Shown: positions 35,113-43,755 of the stretch, piece by piece
Position numbering within the stretch: position 1 is the first letter of the stretch
Layout of the letters: every line of letters begins with the position of its first letter
Assembly: GCA_963675665.1 (NCBI GenBank)
Contig: OY776510.1
Coordinates: 1,088,001-1,152,000, forward strand
DNA from: Spirochaetia bacterium
Lineage (GTDB): Bacteria > Spirochaetota > Spirochaetia > UBA9216
Direction of reading: 5' to 3'
Length of the DNA: 64,000 nt
Position numbers and translations under genes: made by a program
Notes under the pieces: model-generated
What the model was told of the DNA's origin: nothing
The model's database searches: none
The model's input: the letters and a program-made list of their open reading frames with translations, nothing else

Positions 35113-37380
35113 TCAGCATATCCCTGCTTCTCTGGCAATGTGAACAGCCTGTGTGCGATTGGCTGCTCCGAGTTTTCCATTAATATTTTTCAAATGAGTT
35201 TTTACTGTATTCATGGATATAAAAAGGGTTTCCGAGATTTGAAAATTCGAATATCCTTCCGACAGGCAGACAATAACCTCTTTTTCCCGCTGTGATAATT
35301 CCTCCATAAATGCAATTTCATTAACCACTTTTTTTGCGGGTTTTGCTGAATCGTCAAGGTTGCTGATCCAGTCATCATGCAAATCCCTTGTCAATTCCGG
35401 AAACCATGGAAGAATCGTATGCTCGGCTTCAAATCTGAATACCTGTTCAAATCCCTGCTCAATCATCTTTTTGTCGTCGGTCAGGCTCAGCACCCTGAGA
35501 CGCGCAAACATGCTCCACCAGATACTGATTACCGAGCATGAAGCCTGCGATAGTTCGTATCCTTTGTCGACGAGGCTGAGGCATTCCTCATCGGGGGCTG
35601 TTTTGCTGAGCAGATACCCTGTTTCACTGTAACTGTTACCTAGAATTCCAAAAAAAGGCAGGTTGCGTGATTCTATTTCCTGTATCCTTTTCCTGTGATC
35701 ATTGAGGGCTTCCTCCAGCATTCCGGCGTTGGACATGAAAACAGCTTTCTGAAACCCGGCGGAATAACTTTGTATCCAGTCTCCGGCGACTGCCCCGGCC
35801 CGTTCGGCATCGCCCAGCAGTTCAATTGCTTTGTCAGCCTGTATTTTCCCTGCAAGGAGTGATGATATTGCATAATAAGTTAAACAGATGCTGTAGAGCC
35901 TGTCTTCAGGGCCGCTGATGTTATCCAGTGCTTTTCCGGTAAGCTGAATAACTTCAGCATGTTTTCCGCCGTATAAAGCTATGGCGGCTTGCATTGCTGT
36001 AACCTTTGCAATTGTTCTTGCTGGGTTTTGGGTAAATGCAGCCGATGCTTCCGCTTTTATTAAATTTTCAAAAACCTGATTGATTTCTCCGCTGTGCAGA
36101 TGGATTCTGGCTTTGTGAAGCGCCACTTCTGATGCTGCAGAAGTTTTTTCCAATGCAGAGGTATCAAGCCATTTTTTATAACGAAAAAGTATCCTGTTGT
36201 CAGAATTACGTTTAACTACTTCTTCTATCATCAGGGGAATTTTGTCGGCATCTGCTGCCCGGAACGCATATTCAAGGGCCTCTTCCGGCTGCTTATTATT
36301 AAAGTACCATTCGGATATAAGTTTCTGAATATCATTTTTTTGAAACGGAGCTTCCCTGTCAAGTTGATGCATAAGAAACTGTCTGAAAAAATCATGAAAC
36401 CTGTAGAGCTGTTCCTGCTGATCGGTGCAACTGAGAAACAGGTTCTTTTCCAGCAGATTATGAATAAACTCAATTCCGGATATTTCCCTGCTTACATTCC
36501 CTGAAAAGTAATTGGTGAAAAGAAAGTTGAAAAGATCCGGCGATATATAATCAGCGGGAGAAATCCTGTGAAGCAGGTATTTATAATCAGGCTCCATACT
36601 CTCCATGATCTCTTCCATCAGAAAACCGGACAATTCCTGTATGCCGTCATTTCCGGTATGAAGATGCAGCGATTTACCGTTTCCAAGACTCAGACCGTAA
36701 AGCTGAACAGCAATACCCCAGCCTCCGGTACTGTTCTGAACCTGTTCTATTACTGTGTGGTCCGGAGACTTCCCGGACTCCCGGGTCAGAAGACTGCCGG
36801 TCTCGTCCAGTGTGAAGGCAAGATCTTCAGAATTTAAAAAAGCAAGTTTGCCTGAAGTTTTAAGCCGTGATACCGGAAAAGGAAGAGTCGATCTGGAAAG
36901 TATCAACATGCGAAGATTATCGGGAGGATGATTTAAAATAAACTGAAAGGATTCATGAACTGATTGCGATGTAACGGTATGGTAATCATCAAATATAATC
37001 AGATAGTCTTCTTTCTGTTCTTCAAGTTCCGATAAAAAGGCTGCTGTTATTTCAATACTGCCGATACTGCTTTGGGAACCGGAAGCTGCCTCCGCCAATA
37101 CGGAGAATCCGTTTAAAGTAGTGTTGTAACATGATTCAATACATTTTACCGTGTTTCCGATTACTGAAACAGCGTCGTTGTCTGTATCATCAAAACAATA
37201 CCATGCAGCTTTTTCCTTTCTGTTCTTCAGCCAGGATGCAGCCAGAGTTGTTTTACCGCTTCCCGCAGTGCCGCATACAAGTACGGACCCGGATAAGATT
37301 CCGGCATCAATTTTTTTATACAGGCGTTCACGTTCTATTGCAGGTTTGTCTGAATACGGGATATTCCACTTTGATTTCAT
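35113..37380 (-). CDS. MalT-like STAND ATPase transcriptional regulator with C-terminal LuxR HTH
   Basis: GTAGSGKTT, IFDDYH, TGGWG, YRFHDFF, LSQREKEV...LFISMNTVKTHLKNI. Confidence 0.9.
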   Translation of the reverse strand: MKSKWNIPYSDKPAIERERLYKKIDAGILSGSVLVCGTAGSGKTTLAASWLKNRKEKAAWYCFDDTDNDAVSVIGNTVKCIESCYNTTLNGFSVLAEAASGSQSSIGSIEITAAFLSELEEQKEDYLIIFDDYHTVTSQSVHESFQFILNHPPDNLRMLILSRSTLPFPVSRLKTSGKLAFLNSEDLAFTLDETGSLLTRESGKSPDHTVIEQVQNSTGGWGIAVQLYGLSLGNGKSLHLHTGNDGIQELSGFLMEEIMESMEPDYKYLLHRISPADYISPDLFNFLFTNYFSGNVSREISGIEFIHNLLEKNLFLSCTDQQEQLYRFHDFFRQFLMHQLDREAPFQKNDIQKLISEWYFNNKQPEEALEYAFRAADADKIPLMIEEVVKRNSDNRILFRYKKWLDTSALEKTSAASEVALHKARIHLHSGEINQVFENLIKAEASAAFTQNPARTIAKVTAMQAAIALYGGKHAEVIQLTGKALDNISGPEDRLYSICLTYYAISSLLAGKIQADKAIELLGDAERAGAVAGDWIQSYSAGFQKAVFMSNAGMLEEALNDHRKRIQEIESRNLPFFGILGNSYSETGYLLSKTAPDEECLSLVDKGYELSQASCSVISIWWSMFARLRVLSLTDDKKMIEQGFEQVFRFEAEHTILPWFPELTRDLHDDWISNLDDSAKPAKKVVNEIAFMEELSQREKEVIVCLSEGYSNFQISETLFISMNTVKTHLKNINGKLGAANRTQAVHIAREAGIC

Positions 37381-37424
37381 CTAAACATGATAGCCTGATG
37401 TCGGGTATATGCCAATTATAAATT

Positions 37425-37440
37425 TCACCCGAACGGGTGA
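37425..37440. promoter_or_regulatory. Palindrome, probable site for the MalT/LuxR regulator
   Basis: TCACCCG-AA-CGGGTGA between the regulator and a divergent small gene. Confidence 0.6.
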
Positions 37441-37488
37441 TTCGTTTTAAACAGTTCCGGTGTAGTCTCAATGTAAACAGGAGGACTG

Positions 37489-37689
37489 ATGCGGAATTAC
37501 AGGATCAGTATCGGAAAAGAGTTTGATCAGTATCTTAAAAGCTGGTTTGAAGACTGCCTGATAGAAGAACGGCCGGGTGTTACTTTTTTATGTTGCGAGC
37601 TGACCGACCAGGCGGAGATTTTCGGAATATTACAGAGGATTCAGAGCCTTGGTCTACCGCTTATCGAAGTGGTTAAAACTGATAATTAA
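37489..37689 (+). CDS. Small conserved hypothetical protein of the type found next to MalT-like regulators
   Basis: GGAGG RBS; YRI...WFE...DQAEIFGILQRIQSLGLPLIEV pattern. Confidence 0.7.
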   Translation: MRNYRISIGKEFDQYLKSWFEDCLIEERPGVTFLCCELTDQAEIFGILQRIQSLGLPLIEVVKTDN

Positions 37690-37694
37690 TATTA

Positions 37695-38015
37695 TTATGT
37701 TTTCCGGATACTCTTTTCAATCTCGGCTTTTAAAGCTTCATATGGGTATGCTCCCTGTAGACGCATTAATTGCTTTCCCCTGTGAAACATCATGATTGTC
37801 GGAATGGACTGGATGGAATACTGAGCTGCGATTCCGGGTTTTTTTTCAGTATTTATTTTGACTGTTGTTATCCGGCCTTTAAATTCTTTGGCAATTCGGG
37901 CAATTATCGGGCTTACCATCTTGCATGGACCGCACCAGTCGGCATAAAAATCTACAAGAACCGGGATCTCGTTCCGGGTGATTAATTCTTCAAATTTATT
38001 CGGCAGATCAGCCAT
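37695..38015 (-). CDS. trxA: Thioredoxin
   Basis: VDFYADWCGPCK, SIPT; AGGAGG RBS. Confidence 0.92.
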   Translation of the reverse strand: MADLPNKFEELITRNEIPVLVDFYADWCGPCKMVSPIIARIAKEFKGRITTVKINTEKKPGIAAQYSIQSIPTIMMFHRGKQLMRLQGAYPYEALKAEIEKSIRKT

Positions 38016-38122
38016 ATGCGCCTCCTTGTTTATCATGTATTTAATATAAAATAATAACTTTCCGGTGTCCCGGCAAACAATATATGTTATATTTAATATA
38101 TTGTTTTCAGGTGAGGAATTGT

Positions 38123-39292
38123 ATGAATAATTTTGATTTTTTAAATCCGACCAGAATTATTTTCGGCAAAGGTCGGGAAACCGAAGCCGGCAGGTATGCC
38201 GCTGCATACGGGAAAAAGGTGTTGCTTCATTATGGCGGCGGCAGTATAAAAAAGACAGGTCTTTACGATCGAATTACAAAATCTCTTAAAGATGCAGGGC
38301 TTGATTATTCGGAGTTGGCGGGAGTCAAGCCGAATCCGAGACTGAGTCTTGTTCGCGAAGGCATAGAGATTTGCCGCAAGCAGAATATTGATCTGATTCT
38401 TGCCGTAGGCGGAGGGAGCGTTATCGATTCCGCCAAGGCTATTGGAATCGGGACCGGATATTCAGGTGATGTATGGGATTTTTATACAGGCAAGGCTGCC
38501 CCTGAAACTTCTGTTCCGGTTGCAACTGTTCTTACCATTCCTGCAGCGGGAAGCGAGTCCAGCCAGGGAAGCGTAATTACAAACGAGGACGGAGGACTTA
38601 AACGGCCGTGTAATGCCGCCTGCATGTTTCCGGTTTTTTCAATATGCAATCCGGAACTTGCGTTTACTCTTCCCCCTCATCAGGTTGCAAACGGAACAGC
38701 CGACATCTATGCTCATATGCATGAGCGGTATTTTACCAATGTTGAGAATGTGGATTTAACCGACCGCCTTATAGAAGCCGGAATGCGGAACATTATCCAT
38801 CATGCCCCGCGCCTGATTGATAATCCTCGTGATTATAATACCTGGGCTGAGGTTATGTGGACAGGTACGATAGCGCATAATAATATTCTTGATACAGGAA
38901 GGATCGGAGACTGGGGATCCCATGATATCGAGCATGAACTGTCCGGCATGTTCGACATTGCTCACGGCGCCGGGCTGGCGATAATAATACCGGCATGGAT
39001 GAAGTATACCCTTAAGCATAATATTGAAAAGTTTGCACAGCTTGCAGAAAGGGTCTTCTTTGTAGAGCGTGATTATAATAATCCCGAAAAAACAGCAGTT
39101 GAAGGAATATTCCGGCTTGAACAGCATTTTAAACGGATGGGCATGGCTGTAAGGTTGTCGGAGGTCGGAATCGCCAAAGACAGTTTTGAAGAAATGGCGG
39201 AAAAGGCGACAAACGGCAGTTCGGCAAGCCTTGGAAATTTTGTAAAGCTTGATAAAAATGCCATAGTCAAGATTCTGGAGCTGGCGGAATAG
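38123..39292 (+). CDS. Iron-containing alcohol/butanol dehydrogenase (BdhA/YqhD-like)
   Basis: NPTRIIFGKG, AVGGGSVIDSAK, HDIEHELSG, HGAGLA. Confidence 0.92.
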   Translation: MNNFDFLNPTRIIFGKGRETEAGRYAAAYGKKVLLHYGGGSIKKTGLYDRITKSLKDAGLDYSELAGVKPNPRLSLVREGIEICRKQNIDLILAVGGGSVIDSAKAIGIGTGYSGDVWDFYTGKAAPETSVPVATVLTIPAAGSESSQGSVITNEDGGLKRPCNAACMFPVFSICNPELAFTLPPHQVANGTADIYAHMHERYFTNVENVDLTDRLIEAGMRNIIHHAPRLIDNPRDYNTWAEVMWTGTIAHNNILDTGRIGDWGSHDIEHELSGMFDIAHGAGLAIIIPAWMKYTLKHNIEKFAQLAERVFFVERDYNNPEKTAVEGIFRLEQHFKRMGMAVRLSEVGIAKDSFEEMAEKATNGSSASLGNFVKLDKNAIVKILELAE

Positions 39293-39302
39293 GGCGGGTG
39301 TC

Positions 39303-39686
39303 TTATACCGGAGACAGTTTATTATTAAGGGCGTCTTCGATCGTCTGCAGCAGTTTTTCCCTCGGAACCGGCTTTTCAAGATATGCAACCGGATTTGTTC
39401 TTAACGCCCGTTCCTTTATAGCACTGTTCGGATAGGCTGTAAGAAAAATCACAGGTATGGGTTTCATCAGTTTAACCCGTTGTGCAGCGTCGATGCCGTC
39501 TATAAAACTTTTCAGATTGATATCCATAAGGATTAAATCAATTTGATTATTTAATGCGGCTTCAACTACTTTGTTTGCAGAGTCAACCGGTTCACAGGGC
39601 TCGTAACCGCAAGACTCCAGAAGCTCTTTCATTTCAAGCGCCGCAACCGCTTCATCTTCAACGATGAGAATTCTGTTGTTTTTCAT
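39303..39686 (-). CDS. Stand-alone response regulator receiver domain
   Basis: ILIVEDE, LMDINL, FLTA, YLEKP. Confidence 0.9.
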   Translation of the reverse strand: MKNNRILIVEDEAVAALEMKELLESCGYEPCEPVDSANKVVEAALNNQIDLILMDINLKSFIDGIDAAQRVKLMKPIPVIFLTAYPNSAIKERALRTNPVAYLEKPVPREKLLQTIEDALNNKLSPV

Positions 39687-39789
39687 TTGCTACAGCGTAA
39701 CACATTGTAGTCACGGGCTCAAGCACAATTCCCGAAAGTATATTTAAAATGGTATGGATTTTTTATCAGCAGAATACTAAAATTGACAT

Positions 39790-40842
39790 ATGAACGACCC
39801 TGATAAAATCTCATATTTGTACGAAGGCTTGTTTACAGTACGGAATATAGACAGATTAATTCATAATCTGCATACAAACCGCAGCGGTTTTAACAAGCTG
39901 TTATCAATCAGCGGAAGTATTCTTGTATATGCTGCGGTAATGCTTCTTTCCGGTAAAAAATTGGGTGTTTCATCCAATTATTTTGTAATAATCCCGTTGA
40001 TGGCGGTATCTTTCTCGTGCGGATTCAAAGGCGGCGTTGTTGCCGGAATTTTTGCACTTCCTTTAAATCTTATGATGTTCAGCATGACAGGATCACCGGA
40101 ACATGCGCCGGCGAACAAACTTATTGCCGAGTTTTCCGGCATAATAGTCGGGTCAATAGTAGGATACCTGAGTGATTATTATTACAAGCTCGAGATCGAA
40201 ATAGAAAAACGAAAGGTTATAGAAAACCGTCTTAATCAGACTGTACATGAAAAAGAGATACTTATTCATGAAATTCATCACAGGGTAAAGAATAATCTGA
40301 ACCTGGTTAAAAGCCTGATACAGCTGCAGATTAACCGAAGCGACGATCAGAAATTCAGGGATGAGGCAGAGAAGCTGATAAACAGAATTTATTCGATTGC
40401 GAGGGTTCATGAACATTTGTATACCGGCCAAAAGGTATCGTTATCACCATTAAAGGAATATATTCCGCTGTTGATAGATGACATCCTGGCGGGAATAGAA
40501 GCAGGAAATCTTGAAGTTGAATACCGGATAAATATACCGGATATTGAAATTGGTATCGAGCAGGCGACATCGCTCGGTCTTATCCTTAATGAAGTTCTCA
40601 CAAATTCAATAAAATACAGTTTTACTCTTGTGGAAAACCCGAAACTGATTATTGTTTTGAGGACCAAATTTGATAAAACAATCATCGAACTGATAAACAA
40701 CGCTCCGACTTTTGTGCCGGGAAGTGAAGACTACCAGGGCCTTGGTTTAAAGCTGATTAAAACCCTTTGCGGACAGATTGATGCCGAATATGAGTGGGTT
40801 CCCGGCAACGGTACAACCTTCAGACTGAGTCTGCCCTGTTGA
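39790..40842 (+). CDS. Membrane sensor histidine kinase, HisKA_2 type
   Basis: EIHHRVKNNL, LNEVLTNSIKY, GLGLKLI. Confidence 0.88.
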   Translation: MNDPDKISYLYEGLFTVRNIDRLIHNLHTNRSGFNKLLSISGSILVYAAVMLLSGKKLGVSSNYFVIIPLMAVSFSCGFKGGVVAGIFALPLNLMMFSMTGSPEHAPANKLIAEFSGIIVGSIVGYLSDYYYKLEIEIEKRKVIENRLNQTVHEKEILIHEIHHRVKNNLNLVKSLIQLQINRSDDQKFRDEAEKLINRIYSIARVHEHLYTGQKVSLSPLKEYIPLLIDDILAGIEAGNLEVEYRINIPDIEIGIEQATSLGLILNEVLTNSIKYSFTLVENPKLIIVLRTKFDKTIIELINNAPTFVPGSEDYQGLGLKLIKTLCGQIDAEYEWVPGNGTTFRLSLPC

Positions 40843-40863
40843 AGATACTGAGTAAAACAATAT

Positions 40864-41154
40864 TCAGCTGCACCCGAAGACTGTTTTAACCTTAAGCTTT
40901 TTCCCCCAGAATGTATCCTCAACTTTTATTTCCGCATCATCCAGGTATCTCTCAATAGAAGGTCTGATATGAAAGTTGAAACCGTTAATATCCGTAACAA
41001 GATCGTCTTCAAGCGGCGGCCTCATCTCTATCTTGATAGCCGGAGAACCGCATCCGGCTCCGGCCGACAGCAGGGTAAGCTTTTTTTCTTCGGAATTGTT
41101 TTCCTCAATCATTTTATTAAGCATTTCCGCTGCATCTTTTGTAATACAAATCAT
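40864..41154 (-). CDS. HesB/IscA-like protein
   Basis: ICITKDAA...GAGCGSP...FGCS; GGAG RBS before ATG 41154. Confidence 0.7.
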   Translation of the reverse strand: MICITKDAAEMLNKMIEENNSEEKKLTLLSAGAGCGSPAIKIEMRPPLEDDLVTDINGFNFHIRPSIERYLDDAEIKVEDTFWGKKLKVKTVFGCS

Positions 41155-41189
41155 GTTTTTCTCCGTCATTAATGATATTATCATTCATC

Positions 41190-41384
41190 ATGGATGGGAA
41201 AACAAGAGTAAATATAAAACCGGGAATGAAAGTAACTATCGTACTGAAAAAGGATCAGCGAACAGGCAGATTGACGGAAGGAATAGTTGCCGATTTGCTG
41301 ACAAAATCGCCGACGCATCCCCACGGTATAAAGGTCAGACTTGAGGACGGCCAGGTGGGCAGGGTAAAGGACATTCTGAAATAA
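41190..41384 (+). CDS. YwbE/DUF2196 family protein
   Basis: LKKDQRTGRLTEGIV...LLTKSPTHPHGIKVRLEDGQVGRV. Confidence 0.88.
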   Translation: MDGKTRVNIKPGMKVTIVLKKDQRTGRLTEGIVADLLTKSPTHPHGIKVRLEDGQVGRVKDILK

Positions 41385-41398
41385 ATTCCGAAAATCCG

Positions 41399-42763
41399 TT
41401 AGATGACCGGCAATTCAATAATAAATCCGGCGCCTCCAAGTTCGGAAGGTTCATAGTGTATACTGCCGCCGTGGTTTTCAATTATTGTTCTGGCGGAGGT
41501 CAGGCCTATTCCGATTCCGCGGGTATTTCTTCCGGAATCCGCCCTGTAGAAACTCTCGAAGATATGATCTCGGTGCCGCTCGCTGATTCCGGCGCCCGAG
41601 TCCTCGAATACAATACGTGATATGTCTCCGGAAATTACGGCTGAAATTCTGATTTTGTCGTTTTCTTCGGTATATCTGCATGCATTGTCAAAAAGGTTTT
41701 CGAATACCTGGAAAAGCAGCTTTCTGTCGCCGCGAATAATTTTATTTTCTGAAAGTTCGGATGAATAGTTGAATTCACGTTTTCGTATCAGAGAATCGTT
41801 TCTGAAAATATCTGCAGCTTCGTTGAGCATGCAACCGAGGGAAAAGTCTTCAAAACGCGCCTGCCAGTCCGATGTTCTGAGTTTCGCAAAATAAATGAGA
41901 TCATTGATCCTTTCTTCAAGCAGCATTGAGCGGTCGTATATTACATCGGCATAGTCCGCGATATCTTCCGGGGAGTTTGCCATCCCGTCTTTTAGCGCCT
42001 CGATATAGCCTTTTATCAGGGTGAGCGGGGTTTTCAAATCATGTGATATGGCCATGATAATTCTGGTTTGGGTCTCATAGTTTTCTTTCAGTTCGAGACG
42101 CATTTTTTCGAACGCCTGAACAAGCGATTCCAGTTCAGTGACTTTCTTATTACGCCCTTTTTCAGGTCTGGCGGTTCTAATCGGAGTATCAAGATTTCCC
42201 TTTCCTATTTCGTTCGCTGCTGTTTCCAAGGCAATCAGTGAGCGCATTACGGGCCTTGAGTTTTTAATGAAATACAACATGGGAAGACCGATTAACGCGA
42301 AGTACATAACAAACATGGAAACTGCGTTTATTCTGAAGAGTTTCATCCCGGAAAAAAATTGTTCCACATAAACGACAATACCGGTGTGTCCCTGGTAGGA
42401 ATAAACCGAGATACTAATCGGTATATTGGGAAGATTTTTCATGATATCAGTGTATGCCTGCTCCATGCTGTCCCATTTCATATCTGCTGATGCTTCTTTT
42501 GCTTTCGGAGCCAGATAAACTATATCGCCTTTATCATCAAGAACCATGATTATACCGGCGAATTTTGAATCTGAAACTTCCCCTCCTCTTAAGGCTTTAA
42601 GAAGCGGGGCGTGCAGGAATCTCGGCACCGACAAATTTTCAGATTCAGTCCAGCTTAAAGTCCAAGAAATTATAAAAACAGAACTTGTTATCAAAAGGGC
42701 TGCAAGAGGGACAAGAAATGTAAAGAAAGCAAGAATTTTAATCTTTTTATTAAGTTTCATCAT
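41399..42763 (-). CDS. HAMP-domain sensor histidine kinase
   Basis: AISHDLKTPL, NLFDNA, DSGAG, GIGL. Confidence 0.92.
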   Translation of the reverse strand: MMKLNKKIKILAFFTFLVPLAALLITSSVFIISWTLSWTESENLSVPRFLHAPLLKALRGGEVSDSKFAGIIMVLDDKGDIVYLAPKAKEASADMKWDSMEQAYTDIMKNLPNIPISISVYSYQGHTGIVVYVEQFFSGMKLFRINAVSMFVMYFALIGLPMLYFIKNSRPVMRSLIALETAANEIGKGNLDTPIRTARPEKGRNKKVTELESLVQAFEKMRLELKENYETQTRIIMAISHDLKTPLTLIKGYIEALKDGMANSPEDIADYADVIYDRSMLLEERINDLIYFAKLRTSDWQARFEDFSLGCMLNEAADIFRNDSLIRKREFNYSSELSENKIIRGDRKLLFQVFENLFDNACRYTEENDKIRISAVISGDISRIVFEDSGAGISERHRDHIFESFYRADSGRNTRGIGIGLTSARTIIENHGGSIHYEPSELGGAGFIIELPVI

Positions 42764-43451
42764 TAGTGCCGTCTATACTCAGATAATAACCGAACCCGTA
42801 TGATGTTTTTATGAATCGCGGTACGGCCGGATCTTCCTCTATTTTTTTTCTCAATCTCTGTATGTGAACCGATACAGTCGTCAGGTCTCCGTAACTGTTG
42901 TTCCAGACTTTTTCATACAGCTCTTCCTGTTTAAACGGTTTGTCGGGCGATTCGGCAAGCGTAATCAGCAGGGCCATCTCCTTGGGGGTAAGTTCCAGAC
43001 GTTCGCCGTTTCTTTTTAGCCAGATGTTGTCAACATCCAGCAGGAACGGGCCGAATTTCAACTGGTTTCCGGGCGTTGCTTCGGAGTTCTGGCTGCGTTT
43101 GAGATTGGCCCGGACCCTTGCGGCCAGAACCTTGGGGCTGAAGGGTTTGGATACATAATCGTCTGCGCCGATACCGAAGCCCATAATCATGTCTTCGTCT
43201 TCCTGTCGGGCCGATACTATTATTACAGGCAGTTTTTCGAGGCGCCTGATTTCCTGAAGCACTTCAAAGCCGTCAATTCCCGGCAGATTAATATCGAGAA
43301 TGATCAGATCTACCCCTCCTTGCCGAAGCAGTGAAAGCCCCTCTTCTCCCGTGAGGGCGTGTATTGTTTTTATACCCTCTTTTTTCAGGTATAGAGATAT
43401 TAATTCTGCAATCCGGGGTTCGTCTTCAATTATCAAAACAGTCGCTTTCAT
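42750..43451 (-). CDS. OmpR/PhoB-family response regulator
   Basis: LIIEDE, ILDINLPG, DDYVSKPF, VHIQRLRKKIE. Confidence 0.94.
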   Translation of the reverse strand: MKATVLIIEDEPRIAELISLYLKKEGIKTIHALTGEEGLSLLRQGGVDLIILDINLPGIDGFEVLQEIRRLEKLPVIIVSARQEDEDMIMGFGIGADDYVSKPFSPKVLAARVRANLKRSQNSEATPGNQLKFGPFLLDVDNIWLKRNGERLELTPKEMALLITLAESPDKPFKQEELYEKVWNNSYGDLTTVSVHIQRLRKKIEEDPAVPRFIKTSYGFGYYLSIDGTNDET

Positions 43452-43464
43452 CTTCTCTTCCTGA

Positions 43465-43755
43465 TCAGATCTCCGTTATGCCGGGGTGCTCAAATGCCGC
43501 CAACCCCAGCAGCGGGAAACTTTCCCTGATACCGGAAAGTTTCTGTTTAATGATCTCCAGCCTGTCGTCGTCAAGAAACAGGATAAACATGACATTTTCT
43601 TCCGGCCATACCTCGTTGCCGAGGCAGAATCCGGAATATCCGGCCCCGTCAACCTGTTTAAGCATAGTGTAGCACGGTTTCCCGTCATTCATAGGCATGA
43701 TTTCCATTAAGGGCGCTTCAAGGGCCTGGTTTGCAATTATCTCAAGTTTGGTCAT
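43465..43755 (-). CDS. PII-like transporter-associated protein (PG0541 family)
   Basis: LEIIANQAL...YT...VDGAG...LGNEVWPEEN; overlaps the RND permease stop. Confidence 0.72.
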   Translation of the reverse strand: MTKLEIIANQALEAPLMEIMPMNDGKPCYTMLKQVDGAGYSGFCLGNEVWPEENVMFILFLDDDRLEIIKQKLSGIRESFPLLGLAAFEHPGITEI

